DNA from: Chthoniobacterales bacterium
Lineage (GTDB): Bacteria > Verrucomicrobiota > Verrucomicrobiia > Chthoniobacterales > Chthoniobacteraceae
Reading direction: 5' to 3'
NCBI GenBank assembly: GCA_038207335.1
Contig: JBBQZX010000027.1
Span: 19,427-83,426, forward strand
Length of the DNA: 64,000 bases
Positions 19,897-30,249 of this stretch are shown here, in pieces (position 1 is the first letter of the stretch; each line of letters starts with the position of its first letter). Made by a program: the position numbers and the translations under genes. Below the pieces are notes generated by a model that worked only from the letters and a program-made list of their open reading frames with translations, did not search any database and was not told where the DNA came from.

Positions 19897-20691
19897 CTAC
19901 GCTCCGCGCAAAAAGCCAGTGAGCGGGCTGGTAGCGGACGCGGCATCGAGACGGTCGGCAAGGCCGATGTCGAATGCCTCGCGTCCGGCCTCCACTGCTT
20001 TTCTGAATGCCGCGGCCATTCGCGCAGGATCGTTTGCAATCGCGATTGCGGTGTTCACGAGCACGGCGGATGCGCCCATTTCCATCGCCTCCGCGGCTTG
20101 GCTCGGTGCGCCGATGCCGGCATCGACGACGACGGGTACGGTCGCCTGCTCGATAATGATCTCGATCTGCGCACGCGTCTCGATGCCACGGTTGCTGCCG
20201 ATGGGCGATCCGAGCGGCATCACCGTCGCGGCACCGACATCTTGAAGCCGCTTCGCGAGCACAGGATCCGCGTTGATGTATGGCAGGACGGTAAAGCCTT
20301 CCTTCACAAGAATCTCCGTCGCTTTCAGCGTCTCGATCGGGTCGGGTAGCAGGTATCGCGGGTCGGGATGAATCTCGAGTTTCACCCAATCCGAGATGCC
20401 CGCCGCGCGCGCTAGCCGCGCCAATCGAACCGCTTCCTCTGCGTTCATGGCGCCGCTCGTATTTGGCAAAAGCAGATATTTTTTCGGATCGATAAAATCG
20501 AGGATGTTGGCGAATGCGTCCCTTTTTCCCGACAAGTCTGCGCGGCGCAAAGCGACTGTTACGAGCTGTGTGCCGCTCGATTCCAGCGCGGAGGCCATTG
20601 CTTCGTTCGAGGAAAACTTGCCTGTGCCGAGCAGGAGCCGCGATTGGAATTCGCGCCCGGCGATGATGAGCGGCGGCGAGGAAAATAACAT
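19897..20691 (-). CDS. thiG: Thiazole synthase ThiG
   Basis: [42 protein letters not shown]. Confidence 0.95.
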   Translation of the reverse strand: MLFSSPPLIIAGREFQSRLLLGTGKFSSNEAMASALESSGTQLVTVALRRADLSGKRDAFANILDFIDPKKYLLLPNTSGAMNAEEAVRLARLARAAGISDWVKLEIHPDPRYLLPDPIETLKATEILVKEGFTVLPYINADPVLAKRLQDVGAATVMPLGSPIGSNRGIETRAQIEIIIEQATVPVVVDAGIGAPSQAAEAMEMGASAVLVNTAIAIANDPARMAAAFRKAVEAGREAFDIGLADRLDAASATSPLTGFLRGA

Positions 20692-20761
20692 GAACGCGCG
20701 ACGCTAAGGACGCGGTCCCGATCGCGCAAGTTGCGTGATTTCACCAACTCCCATCTTGAGA

Positions 20762-21349
20762 ATGCGCGCCAGAATTTTACCTTTCGTCGTGCGCGGAATC
20801 GAACCTTCATCCAGCAGTTTTGCGGGCTCGCTCCTCATTGCGCAGCCGTCGCTGGGCGATCCGAATTTCCGCAAGACCGTCCTTTTCATCTCTTCGTACG
20901 ATCCGAAAGAGGGGACATTCGCGCTGATCTTGAATCGTCCGGCGGAGCGCACGGTCGGTGATGTCCTGCCGGAAAAGGAACTCGGCGTCTTGAATCGCGT
21001 GCCTGTTTTTCTCGGCGGTCCGGTCGGTGCAGATCAGCTCGTTTTTGCCGCATTCGAGTGGCATCCCGATACGCAGCGAATCGAATGCCGGCACCACCTC
21101 GGCATCGACGAAGCGCAGCAAAGCGCAGTCGCGCAAAACACGGTCGTTCGCGCATTCATCGGCTACGCGGGATGGACGAAAGGCCAGCTCGAAGCCGAAC
21201 TGCAACAGAACGCGTGGCTGCTCACAAAACCGACTCCGGGCGCACTCGACATGGGCCACAGCAAGACGCTTTGGCGCGAATTGCTCAGCGGCTTCGGTCC
21301 GAAATTCCGGCTTGCCGCCGAGGCGCCTGACGACCTCTCGCGAAACTGA
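20762..21349 (+). CDS. YqgE/AlgH (UPF0301) family protein
   Basis: LLIAQPSLGDPNFRKTV, VFLGGPV, GYAGWTKGQLEAE; start uncertain (20762 or GTG 20789). Confidence 0.9.
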   Translation: MRARILPFVVRGIEPSSSSFAGSLLIAQPSLGDPNFRKTVLFISSYDPKEGTFALILNRPAERTVGDVLPEKELGVLNRVPVFLGGPVGADQLVFAAFEWHPDTQRIECRHHLGIDEAQQSAVAQNTVVRAFIGYAGWTKGQLEAELQQNAWLLTKPTPGALDMGHSKTLWRELLSGFGPKFRLAAEAPDDLSRN

Positions 21350-21369
21350 TTCCGGCGCACCGCTTTTCT

Positions 21370-21463
21370 AACCACGAAGGCACGGAGGCACGAAGGGGGG
21401 AGTTTTCGCGGTCGGTGACGTGTGCTTTTTGTTCCTCTTTCGTGCCTTTGTGTCTTCGTGGTT
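21370..21463. repeat. AACCACGAAG-type inverted repeat between convergent genes
   Basis: AACCACGAAGGCACGGAGGCACGAAG ... TTTCGTGCCTTTGTGTCTTCGTGGTT, with 9-nt internal periodicity. Confidence 0.75.
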
Positions 21464-21469
21464 TTGTTG

Positions 21470-21943
21470 TCAGGGGCGCCGGTCGGCGGAGACTTTGTCG
21501 GCGTCAGCGAATTGCTCGATGCGGACTTTGGCGGCGCCTTTTTCGACGAGACCGATGACGGTGGCGGCGTCTTTGCACAGGTCGATGGAATGGGCTCGGT
21601 GCACGCCGCGATCCGTGATGCGGACGAGGACGGAACGCGCATTGGCGAGATTCCTGACGCGGACGGTGCTGCCCATCGGGAGGCGATCGGAGGCGGCGGT
21701 GAGTTCGCCCGGCGCGCGCTGAGCGACGCGCGAATCCTCGGCGGGATCGTACCACGTCGCAGTGCCATTTTCGCTCGAGACGACTCGCAGCTCGGGCGTG
21801 GACTTCGGGGTGGTGGGAGCGGATGCCGCCGAATTCGCAGGCGCGGGCGCGGGGGCGCGGCGGCAGGCACTGCCGACGGCGACCAGCGCAACGGCGAGGA
21901 GCAGAAATTTACCACGGATGAGAGGGTCGTGAGGGGGGGGCAT
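21470..21943 (-). CDS. rlpA: RlpA-family (DPBB) lipoprotein, putative lytic transglycosylase
   Basis: Lipobox-like GSAC; GTATWY, LTAAS.RLPMGSTVRV, VRITDRG, IDL motifs. Confidence 0.75.
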   Translation of the reverse strand: MPPPHDPLIRGKFLLLAVALVAVGSACRRAPAPAPANSAASAPTTPKSTPELRVVSSENGTATWYDPAEDSRVAQRAPGELTAASDRLPMGSTVRVRNLANARSVLVRITDRGVHRAHSIDLCKDAATVIGLVEKGAAKVRIEQFADADKVSADRRP

Positions 21944-24104
21944 CAAGGACTTCGCGCACTTTGCGGCTGAGGACCGCAGTGGTGAAAGGCTTTTGCAAAA
22001 ACTGCACGCCGGCGGCGAGCACGCCATCCTCGGCGATCTCCGCATCGGAGTAGCCGGATACGAAAAGCAGCTTCGTGAGAGGACGCGCGAGGAGGAGTTC
22101 GGCGGCGAATTCCGGGCCGGTCATCCGCGGCATTACGACATCGCTCACGAGCAGGTCGATCGGCCCCGCGTGCTCTTGCGCGATGCGCAGGCCGTCCTCA
22201 CCGTTCGACGCGCAAAGCAGCACGTAGCCTTGATCCGAGAGCACAGCGCAAACGAGTTCGCGCACGATTTCCTCATCTTCGACGACGAGCACGGTCTCGC
22301 CGCGCGTGCGCTTCGCGACGGGCTCCAGCTGGGCCGGAGGCGGATCGACCGGCGCGTCGGCGCGCGGCAGGTGGAGGGTGAAAGTCGCGCCTTTTCCCAG
22401 CTCGCTCTCGACGGTGATCGCGCCGCCGCTCTGGCTCACGATGCCATAGACTGTGGCGAGGCCGAGGCCGGTGCCTTTGCCGGGGGCCTTTGTGGTGAAG
22501 AAGGGCTCGAAGATGCGGCCCCGGGTGTCGGCATCCATGCCGCAGCCGGTGTCCTGGACGGCGAGTGTGATGTATCGGCCGGGGGAAAGGACCGCACCTT
22601 CTCCGCCATCCGCCGCGGTGACGAGGCGCTCGCCGGTGTGCATGGTGAGCACGCCGCCGCGCTGCATGGCGTCGCGGGCGTTCACGCCGAGGTTGATGAG
22701 CACCTGCTCGAGCTGCGTGGGGTCGGCGAAGACGCGGGCCTCGCGGGCGCCAAGCGCGACGCGGAGGTCGATCTGCTCGCCGATCACGCGCCGCAGCAGC
22801 TTTTCCATCTCGCGGACGAGGTTATTCAGGTCGATCACGCGGGGCTGGAGGATTTGCTTCCGGCTGAAAGCGAGGAGCTGCCGCGTGAGGTCGGCCGCCT
22901 GCTGGCCAGCTTTTAAGATGAGCCCCGCCTCTTCGCGCGTCGTCCCCGCGGGCGCGCGGAGCCCGATGAGTTCGGCGTATCCGATGATCGCGGTGAGGAG
23001 GTTGTTAAAGTCATGCGCAATGCCTCCAGCGAGGCGCCCGACTGCGTCCATTTTCTGCGAATGCCGCAAGCGCTCTTCGCTGTCGCGGAGGGCCTCCTCC
23101 GTGTGCAGGCGCTCTGCGGTTTCGCGGATGAGCGTCTCGCGCTGCTCGAAAAACGCACCCACCAGTCGTGCGAAGTCGCCGAACTCGTCGCCCATTTTTT
23201 GCAGTGGCTCGAGGCATTCCGGATCCTGCTTTTGGAGGCAAATCGAGAGCGTCTTCAGCGGCCTGCTGACCCAGCGCCGTAGCGAAATCAGGAGCGCGAG
23301 AAAGAGCACGAGTGCGAAGCCGAGCACCCAATAGAACAGCCGCTCGCTGGAGCGATTCATCCGCGCGACGATGGGCGAATCGTTGCGGATCGAGAGCGCA
23401 GCGATGGGCGCTCCGTCCCAGCCGGGGAGCACGCGGATGAAGCTCACGGCGCGGCTGCCGGGCAGCGCATCCGCGAGCCGCGGGGCGGCATCGGGCGGAG
23501 CGAAAGCGATCTCGTTTCCGGTGAAGATAGACATCTCGTGCAGCTCGGCATTTGACCAAAGCCGGCCCGCGAGGAAGTAGCCGCGGCGGGGTGTGACGCG
23601 CGCACCGTCGTCCGAGGGATGCACAGTCGCGCCGTTGATTTCCATGAGCCCCAAGCGCGGCACTTTCGCAAAAAAATGGCAGCGGCGGGGGCCGTCGAGC
23701 AGCTTCTGCATCGCGCCCGGCGGCAGCGGCACGGTCGCGAGCGCGTCGGAGTAGAGGAGATTGCGAGTGAAGGCGATGGTGCCATCCGGGTGATAAGCCC
23801 AGACCGCATGGGCGCGGTAGCTCGTGAGCGTCGTGTCGGTGATATTCGCCTCCGCCCACGCACGGTCGCCGCGCTCGATAGCGGTGACCATGTCGTCCCA
23901 CGCGCTGAAGTAGTTCACGAAAATCTCGAACGCCTCGCCCCAGTGCTCGCGGAACTCGTCGAACGAATGCTCGCGCTCCTCCTGCCGTGTCGCCGAGATC
24001 GCGCGGAATTTCTCGCGCTCGTGAAATTTCAACGCGACGAGCCCAGCGACAAAAGTTGCCACGACTGCGAATAGCAGCAGGCCGAGTTTTGCGCGGACTT
24101 TCAT
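21909..24104 (-). CDS. Hybrid sensor histidine kinase (CHASE4-like sensor, HK, REC)
   Basis: [13 protein letters not shown]4-like motif, [12 protein letters not shown]-box, [15 protein letters not shown]-terminal DVVMP...KPF receiver. Confidence 0.9.
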   Translation of the reverse strand: MKVRAKLGLLLFAVVATFVAGLVALKFHEREKFRAISATRQEEREHSFDEFREHWGEAFEIFVNYFSAWDDMVTAIERGDRAWAEANITDTTLTSYRAHAVWAYHPDGTIAFTRNLLYSDALATVPLPPGAMQKLLDGPRRCHFFAKVPRLGLMEINGATVHPSDDGARVTPRRGYFLAGRLWSNAELHEMSIFTGNEIAFAPPDAAPRLADALPGSRAVSFIRVLPGWDGAPIAALSIRNDSPIVARMNRSSERLFYWVLGFALVLFLALLISLRRWVSRPLKTLSICLQKQDPECLEPLQKMGDEFGDFARLVGAFFEQRETLIRETAERLHTEEALRDSEERLRHSQKMDAVGRLAGGIAHDFNNLLTAIIGYAELIGLRAPAGTTREEAGLILKAGQQAADLTRQLLAFSRKQILQPRVIDLNNLVREMEKLLRRVIGEQIDLRVALGAREARVFADPTQLEQVLINLGVNARDAMQRGGVLTMHTGERLVTAADGGEGAVLSPGRYITLAVQDTGCGMDADTRGRIFEPFFTTKAPGKGTGLGLATVYGIVSQSGGAITVESELGKGATFTLHLPRADAPVDPPPAQLEPVAKRTRGETVLVVEDEEIVRELVCAVLSDQGYVLLCASNGEDGLRIAQEHAGPIDLLVSDVVMPRMTGPEFAAELLLARPLTKLLFVSGYSDAEIAEDGVLAAGVQFLQKPFTTAVLSRKVREVLDAPPSRPSHPW

Positions 24105-24123
24105 GGAAAAGCGCGCCCGGCGG

Positions 24124-24930
24124 TCACTCGCGCACGCGCTGTTCCTTCATCTCAGTGAAATGAAGACCGCCCGCGTCCTCCTGGATTTTGAAGCGATTCA
24201 CCGTGCGGCCGGCGACGGAGTGCGCAGGACTTTTGTATTTGAAAGCGATGCGAAAAGTGACCTCGTGTCCTCCGCCCTTTACGGGACTCATCTTGAAATC
24301 CAGCAGATCGTAGTGCCGCTCCGGCCAGCGCTGGTAGAAGCGCCGGACATCGCGCGCGACGAATTCGCGATCGACTTTCCCGTGGTCGAAATAATTCAGC
24401 CGATCGGCGTAAAACTTCATCTCGGAAGCAAGCTGGTTCGTCTCGCAGGCCACGAGGTAATCGGCGACGAAGGCGTGAGCCTTTGCCGCAAAATCGGAGT
24501 CGGGCGGGACCTCCGCAGGCTCCGACTCCGGCTCGGCATCGGCCGGCTCCGACGGCGCCTCGCCGACTGGGATGAGCGTTTTCTCGCCGAGCTCCTCGAG
24601 CAATTTCCGGTCGCTCTCGGCCAGGTCGCGTGCCACGTCACTGCGCAGCACGGGCACCTCCGGCCACGGCTCCACGGGCTTTATCGGCGCGGCGAGATTT
24701 AGTGAGCGCAGGGTCTCCGGGGTGGGCTCGCCCGTGGATGCAAAGCCTTTGCGCGCCTGATAACTGCGGATCGCCGAGAGGGTCTCCGGAGTTTTGCGTC
24801 CATCCACTTCGCCGAAGTAGAGGTTGCGTTTGCGCAACTCCTCCTGGACGCGCCGCACCTGTTCGTCGGCGCGCGCTGAGAGCGCGACGAGCATGGCCGT
24901 GAGGAGGAGGGTGAAGGCGGAGATTTTCAT
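24124..24930 (-). CDS. Exported peptidoglycan-binding domain protein with C-terminal NTF2/SnoaL-like domain
   Basis: Signal peptide; VQEELRKRNLYFGEVDG...AIRSYQ...G PG_binding_1 pattern; C-terminal FYAD..NYFD.G...RWP domain. Confidence 0.75.
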   Translation of the reverse strand: MKISAFTLLLTAMLVALSARADEQVRRVQEELRKRNLYFGEVDGRKTPETLSAIRSYQARKGFASTGEPTPETLRSLNLAAPIKPVEPWPEVPVLRSDVARDLAESDRKLLEELGEKTLIPVGEAPSEPADAEPESEPAEVPPDSDFAAKAHAFVADYLVACETNQLASEMKFYADRLNYFDHGKVDREFVARDVRRFYQRWPERHYDLLDFKMSPVKGGGHEVTFRIAFKYKSPAHSVAGRTVNRFKIQEDAGGLHFTEMKEQRVRE

Positions 24931-25079
24931 GGGGAACGCCGCAGGCTAAAGGATCTTCGCGGCGAAAGCGCAATCGGTCTTGTATCATTTCTCGGACCCG
25001 GAGTCCGTTCGTTTTTCCAAATGCGCTTGCGCCTGCGCTCGCCGGCGCGCGATAGTCCGCGCTCTTTTTGACCAGAAAC

Positions 25080-26372
25080 ATGCAGACTTTCGGCATCGGA
25101 CTCGCGGGGATGGGCAACGTCGGCGCAGGTGTTTACAAACATCTGACGCAGAATCGCGCCCTGCTCCGGGAGCGGCTTGGCTACGAACTTGAGGTGAAGA
25201 AAATCGCGGTCCGGGATGTCTCGCGTCCCCGTGGGATCGCCGTTCCGGGCGAGTTGCTCACGACGGACTGGCGCGATTTTCTCGACGATCCGGAGTTGCA
25301 AATCGTCGTCGAGCTCATGGGACAAAAGGCGGAGAGTCTCGAGCTGATTCTCGGTGCGATCCAGCGGAAGAAGATCGTGGTGACCGGCAACAAGGCGCTG
25401 CTGGCAGAGCGTGGGAAGGAGATTTTCGAGGCCGCATTTTTGTACAAAGTTCCGGTTTTTTTTGAGGCTGCGGTCGGCGGTGGAATTCCGATTATTAAGG
25501 CGATTCGAGAGGCGTTCATCGGGAATCACATCCAATCGATCCACGGCATCGTGAATGGCACGAGCAACTACATTTTGACCCGAATGACGGAGGCCGGGAT
25601 GGGCTTCCACGAGGCGCTCCGCGAGGCGCAGGAGGCGGGCTACGCGGAGGCCGATCCGGCGCTTGATGTGAATGGGGGCGATGCAGCGCACAAGGCGATC
25701 ATCCTCGCATCGCTGGCCTACGGATTTTGGGTGCCGCCGGAGAAAGTTTTCGTGGAGGGGATCGAGCAGCTCACCGCGGCGGATATCTGCTTCGCGCGGC
25801 GGCTCGGGTATCGCATCAAGCTCCTCGCGATCATCAAAGCCGAGGCCGGCGAGATCGAGGTGCGCGTGCATCCGACGCTCATCCCTGAGACGCATGTGCT
25901 CGCTAGCGTGAACGGTGTTTTCAACGCGATGGCGGTGCGCGGCGACGTGGTCGGCGAGACGCTCTTCTACGGCCGCGGCGCAGGCCAGGACGCCACGTCG
26001 AGCGCAGTCATCAGCGACCTCGTCGAGGCGGCCGATGCGCTCGCGGCACCGCGGCGCAATCTTGGCTTCATGCCGCACGGGCTCTACGGCACCTGCAAGC
26101 CGATCGCCGGGATCGTTTCGGAGTATTACTTGCGCCTCGCCGTCGATGATCGGCCAGGCGTCATCGCGCAAATCGCGAGCATTCTCGGCGAGTTGAATGT
26201 TGGCATCTCCTCGATCCTCCAGCCCGAGGCGGCGGAGGGCGAAGTCGCGTCACTCGTTCTCATGATCCATCGCGCGAGCAACTCACAGATCGACTCTGCG
26301 CTCGCAAAAATCGGCGCGCTTGGCTGCGTGAAAAAGGCCCCTCGCATGATTAGAGTGGAGCACTTCACATGA
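25080..26372 (+). CDS. hom: Homoserine dehydrogenase with ACT domain
   Basis: [33 protein letters not shown]-terminal DRPGVIA ACT domain. Confidence 0.95.
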   Translation: MQTFGIGLAGMGNVGAGVYKHLTQNRALLRERLGYELEVKKIAVRDVSRPRGIAVPGELLTTDWRDFLDDPELQIVVELMGQKAESLELILGAIQRKKIVVTGNKALLAERGKEIFEAAFLYKVPVFFEAAVGGGIPIIKAIREAFIGNHIQSIHGIVNGTSNYILTRMTEAGMGFHEALREAQEAGYAEADPALDVNGGDAAHKAIILASLAYGFWVPPEKVFVEGIEQLTAADICFARRLGYRIKLLAIIKAEAGEIEVRVHPTLIPETHVLASVNGVFNAMAVRGDVVGETLFYGRGAGQDATSSAVISDLVEAADALAAPRRNLGFMPHGLYGTCKPIAGIVSEYYLRLAVDDRPGVIAQIASILGELNVGISSILQPEAAEGEVASLVLMIHRASNSQIDSALAKIGALGCVKKAPRMIRVEHFT

Positions 26373-27463
26373 CCTTCCGACCCCTCCATGATCGCGGCGT
26401 CATTGCGCGATGGCAGCAATATTTGCCGGTCACGGATTCGACGCCATTCGTCTCGCTGAACGAGGGCTCAACGCCGCTCATCCACTCGCCAAAACTGAGT
26501 GCGCACGTCGGTCGCGCGTGCGAGGTTTTCGTTAAATACGAGGGGCTGAATCCGACCGGGTCGTTCAAGGATCGCGGGATGACGGTCGCGCTTTCCAAAG
26601 CGGTGGAGGACGGCGCGAAAGCAGTCATTTGCGCCTCCACCGGGAACACCTCCGCCGCCGCCGCCGCGTATGCCGCTCGCGCGGGGATCACCTGCGTCGT
26701 GCTTTTGCCGGCGGGGAAAATCGCGTTTGGTAAACTCGCACAGGCGTTCATGTACGGCGCGCGCGTCATCGCGATTGACGGGAATTTCGACGACGCATTG
26801 CGGCTTGTGCGAGAGATCGGCGAGACCGAACCGATCGCGATCGTGAATTCGATCAACCCGCACCGTTTGCAGGGCCAAAAGACAGCGGCATTCGAGATTA
26901 TCGAGGAGCTGGGTGACGCGCCGGATTTTCATGTGCTGCCGGTTGGCAACGCTGGAAACATCAGCGCCTACTGGCTCGGCTACAGCGAGTTTTTCGACCT
27001 AAAAAAGGCAACTCGACGCCCGAGAATGATCGGATTTCAAGCGTCCGGCTCCGCGCCGATTTTCCACAATCAGGTCGTGGAAAATCCCGAGACTGTCGCG
27101 AGCGCGATCCGCATCGGGAACCCTGCGAGCTGGGATTTTGCGACCGCCGCGCTGAAAGAGAGCCGCGGCGCAATCGACATCGTCACCGATGAGGAAATCC
27201 TTGCCGCGCAAAGCTGGCTTGCGGCGAACGAGGGAATTTTTGTCGAGCCTGCGAGCGCCGCGAGCATCGCGGGGCTTTTTAAATCACTCGATCCCTCGCG
27301 GGTGGAGGAGCGACGTTTTCCGGAAATTCCAGAAGGCAGCCGGATTGTCTGCACGGTGACCGGCCACGGACTCAAAGACCCGGATGTCGCGAAGGAGCAA
27401 TGTGGCTCAGTGATTCCGGCGAAAGCGGAGAAAGGCGAAATCCTCCGGCTGATCCAGGGCTGA
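26369..27463 (+). CDS. thrC: Threonine synthase
   Basis: [13 protein letters not shown] lysine, [22 protein letters not shown]; overlaps the hom stop. Confidence 0.95.
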   Translation: MTFRPLHDRGVIARWQQYLPVTDSTPFVSLNEGSTPLIHSPKLSAHVGRACEVFVKYEGLNPTGSFKDRGMTVALSKAVEDGAKAVICASTGNTSAAAAAYAARAGITCVVLLPAGKIAFGKLAQAFMYGARVIAIDGNFDDALRLVREIGETEPIAIVNSINPHRLQGQKTAAFEIIEELGDAPDFHVLPVGNAGNISAYWLGYSEFFDLKKATRRPRMIGFQASGSAPIFHNQVVENPETVASAIRIGNPASWDFATAALKESRGAIDIVTDEEILAAQSWLAANEGIFVEPASAASIAGLFKSLDPSRVEERRFPEIPEGSRIVCTVTGHGLKDPDVAKEQCGSVIPAKAEKGEILRLIQG

Positions 27464-27486
27464 ATCCCCGAACCTGCCTGCGGGAA

Positions 27487-27515
27487 TTGACAGACTTTCG
27501 CACGGCGCGGATGCT
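27487..27515 (+). promoter_or_regulatory. Putative sigma70 promoter of the TPR gene
   Basis: TTGACA-17 nt-GATGCT upstream of ATG 27529. Confidence 0.4.
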
Positions 27516-27528
27516 CCGCCCCCTTTTC

Positions 27529-29307
27529 ATGAATTCGCCGTTTCGCTGGATAGATTCCACCTCTTGGGAACTCGACCTTTTCGGTCTGCCGCACCAGATT
27601 CCGTGGCCTGCGGATGCCGATGAGAAGAGCGCTGCCGAGGATCCGTTCGACTCGGAAACGCTGGTCCGGGGGATCGAACTCATGGGAGACGAAGCGGGCG
27701 AGCCGTGGATCGGATTCAAACGCGCGTACGCGCATTTCGAGGAGCTTTCGGAGGCGCTGGAGGATTCGGAGATCCGACGTGCGCGTGAGATTCTTGGCGA
27801 GATCGAGGCGGTGCATCCCGGCACCTCGTTCCGCATTTTTCACGAAGCGAATATCGCTCAGCGCGAGGGCCGTTTTGATGACGCAATCGCTCTTTTCCAA
27901 CAGGCAGCGGAGAAGACGCCGCTAATCACGGAGATTTGGAATAATCTCGGCGTCGTCTTTGCGATGACCGGGCGTCGGGAAGAAGCGGTTGCGGCATTTC
28001 GCAAAGTGCTCGCGATCGACCAGAACAATCACGTCGCACTCGAAGGCATGACGCAGGTGCGCGAACTTGTGAAGCTGATGCGCGACGCGGCCGACCCGAA
28101 GTCGGCGATGTATGTGGAGTTGCCGGTTTTCAAGCAAATGGCCGCGAAGCAAATCGACGCGATCTCAGGCGATGCGGCTCAACTGCTCACGTACGGCGAA
28201 GAGCTGGTGAAGACGGGAATGGTGCCGGACGTGGGACTGAGCGCTTTGGAAAAGGCACGCGATCTTCAGCCCGAGGATCCGCGCACGCTTTTCACCCTCG
28301 CCTCAGCGTATCGCGCGATGGGAAAAATCGTCGAGTCGCGCACCATCGCGGTGCGCATGACGGAGCTGCTGCCGGAGAGCGACGAGGCGTTTTTTCACCT
28401 CGCGCAAATCTGTAACGCGATGGAAGACTCCGCCGCTGAGCGCGCCGCGCTGGGGAGAGCGGTGGAGCTGAATCCGAACATGCAGGCGGCCCTCGCGGTC
28501 TGGTTCCAATTGAAGCCCGGCGAGCACGATCCGGCGAAGGAGCAGCAGTTGCTCGATTTTGCGGAGAGCAAAAACTCGTGGATGGCATTCATCCTCGCGA
28601 GCGCCCTGTGCCGCGAGCGCGGCGATTTCAAGCGGGCGATGAAATTGGCCGAGCGCGCGGTCGACCTAGCGCCGGATTCCGAGGAGGCACTGCTGCATTT
28701 CACCGCGACGATCGGTGATGCGAAAGACATCGCGAAGCTCGCGAAGGAAGTGAAGCCTAAGGTGATCAGCGGCAAGTTTTCACGCCGGCTTGTTTGGAAT
28801 TACGCGCATGTTTTGCGGCAGGTCGGGCTTGCGCAAGACGCGCTCGCGGCGCTGAAAAAAGCGGCATCTGGCGACGCGCCCGACGATTTCAAGGCGGCGT
28901 GCGTGACTACGATCGAGGCGTGGAGTGGGATGCTCACCGGCACGGGCGTGCCGCTCGAGGTGCATCAATCCGGCGTGCTGCTGCGCGACGTGCTGCTCAC
29001 GGTCGATGACGATGACGGCGGCGTGGTGCTGAGTGCCGGGGCGCGTTTGCCGGAGCAGGGGAGTTTCAAATGGCGCGCGGACGGTGTGGAGACGAGCGTT
29101 TTTTTGCAGCAGGGCCAGAGCGGCGGCGCACCGGAGCCGCAGAGCCTCGGTGAGTTCAAGATCCGCGGCATTCAAACACAGCCTGACGGCCCGACGACGA
29201 TCGAGTGCCACATCACCGCGCTGGCTGATGGCGCGCTGCACTTCCGCGCGGCGCAAAACGGCAGGCGGTTGCCGGTCGGCTGGGCGCCGCCGCGCGTGCG
29301 TGTGTAA
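27529..29307 (+). CDS. TPR-repeat protein with C-terminal DnaK/Hsp70 substrate-binding-domain-like module
   Basis: TPR patterns (IWNNLGVVFAMTGRREEAVAAFRKVLAID, ALGRAVELNP, AERAVDLAPD); C-terminal QG..SLGEF..GI..P.G..IE..ADG.LH..A. Confidence 0.8.
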   Translation: MNSPFRWIDSTSWELDLFGLPHQIPWPADADEKSAAEDPFDSETLVRGIELMGDEAGEPWIGFKRAYAHFEELSEALEDSEIRRAREILGEIEAVHPGTSFRIFHEANIAQREGRFDDAIALFQQAAEKTPLITEIWNNLGVVFAMTGRREEAVAAFRKVLAIDQNNHVALEGMTQVRELVKLMRDAADPKSAMYVELPVFKQMAAKQIDAISGDAAQLLTYGEELVKTGMVPDVGLSALEKARDLQPEDPRTLFTLASAYRAMGKIVESRTIAVRMTELLPESDEAFFHLAQICNAMEDSAAERAALGRAVELNPNMQAALAVWFQLKPGEHDPAKEQQLLDFAESKNSWMAFILASALCRERGDFKRAMKLAERAVDLAPDSEEALLHFTATIGDAKDIAKLAKEVKPKVISGKFSRRLVWNYAHVLRQVGLAQDALAALKKAASGDAPDDFKAACVTTIEAWSGMLTGTGVPLEVHQSGVLLRDVLLTVDDDDGGVVLSAGARLPEQGSFKWRADGVETSVFLQQGQSGGAPEPQSLGEFKIRGIQTQPDGPTTIECHITALADGALHFRAAQNGRRLPVGWAPPRVRV

Positions 29308-29309
29308 GT

Positions 29310-30167
29310 TCAGCGCGCGAAGCGGAAAAAAGCGTTCGCCGCCGTCTCGGTTTGCGCGGAGATTTGATCGACCGATGTGCCGCGAAGACGCGCGATGTGC
29401 TCCGCGACGAGGCGCGTGTGGGCGGGCTCGCACCGTTTTCCGCGATGCGGCACGGGCGCTAGAAATGGGCAGTCCGTCTCGACCATGAACGAGCCGTCGG
29501 GCAGTCCGGCGGCGGTCTGCTGCACGGTCGCGGCGTTTTTGAAAGTGACGAGGCCGGTGAATGAGACGAGATGATTTTGTTCTCGGAGTTCGTGTGCTTG
29601 CGCGAGGCTTTTTCCGAAGCAGTGAAAGACCGCGCGGAGCTTGCCGGCGTACGGCGCGAGGATCGCAAGCGTGTCGTCCCACGCATCGCGCTCGTGAATG
29701 ATAACGTTCAGTCCGAGCTCGATCGCGAGTTCGAGTTGCTGCTCGAATACCGCCGCCTGCGTGGCTTTCAACGAGCCGTCAGCCAGAGCATTGGGAAATT
29801 CGCCCGGCAGCTCCGTGCTCACCGCGCCGACAGCAGCCAGGAAAAAACCTGGCGTGCTGAGGCTCGGCAGCCGGTGGTAGTCGAGGCCGATTTCACCCAT
29901 CGCGACGACCCGCTGGCTTTCCGCGAGCGCGCGCAGTTCTTCAATGAAATCCTCACCTGCCTCGTTCGCGGCATTCGGATGTATGCCGATCGCCGCGAAA
30001 ACGTTCGCGTGCTTCTCCGCAAGCGCGACCGCCCTCCGGCTCCCTTCCACCGAAGTCCCGATCGTCACAATTCGCCGCACGCCTGCTGCCTCCGCTCGCG
30101 CGAAAATCTCCGGCAAACCTTCCTCAAACTCCGGAAAGTCGAGATGCGCGTGGGTGTCGGTCAGCAT
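29310..30167 (-). CDS. tatD: TatD-family metal-dependent hydrolase
   Basis: DTHAHL, GIHP, GEIGLDY, HERDA, FHCF, ETDCPFLAP. Confidence 0.93.
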   Translation of the reverse strand: MLTDTHAHLDFPEFEEGLPEIFARAEAAGVRRIVTIGTSVEGSRRAVALAEKHANVFAAIGIHPNAANEAGEDFIEELRALAESQRVVAMGEIGLDYHRLPSLSTPGFFLAAVGAVSTELPGEFPNALADGSLKATQAAVFEQQLELAIELGLNVIIHERDAWDDTLAILAPYAGKLRAVFHCFGKSLAQAHELREQNHLVSFTGLVTFKNAATVQQTAAGLPDGSFMVETDCPFLAPVPHRGKRCEPAHTRLVAEHIARLRGTSVDQISAQTETAANAFFRFAR

Positions 30168-30249
30168 TTAGGGATGATCAAATTGGCATTTCGCATCCGC
30201 TCCGGTCTCACGGTCGGACTGCGTTACCAATTCCCGAAATCCTAGACCC

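Noticed and set aside
20692..20761. TPP riboswitch upstream of thiG
   Set aside because: The gap is too short and lacks the conserved TPP aptamer motifs
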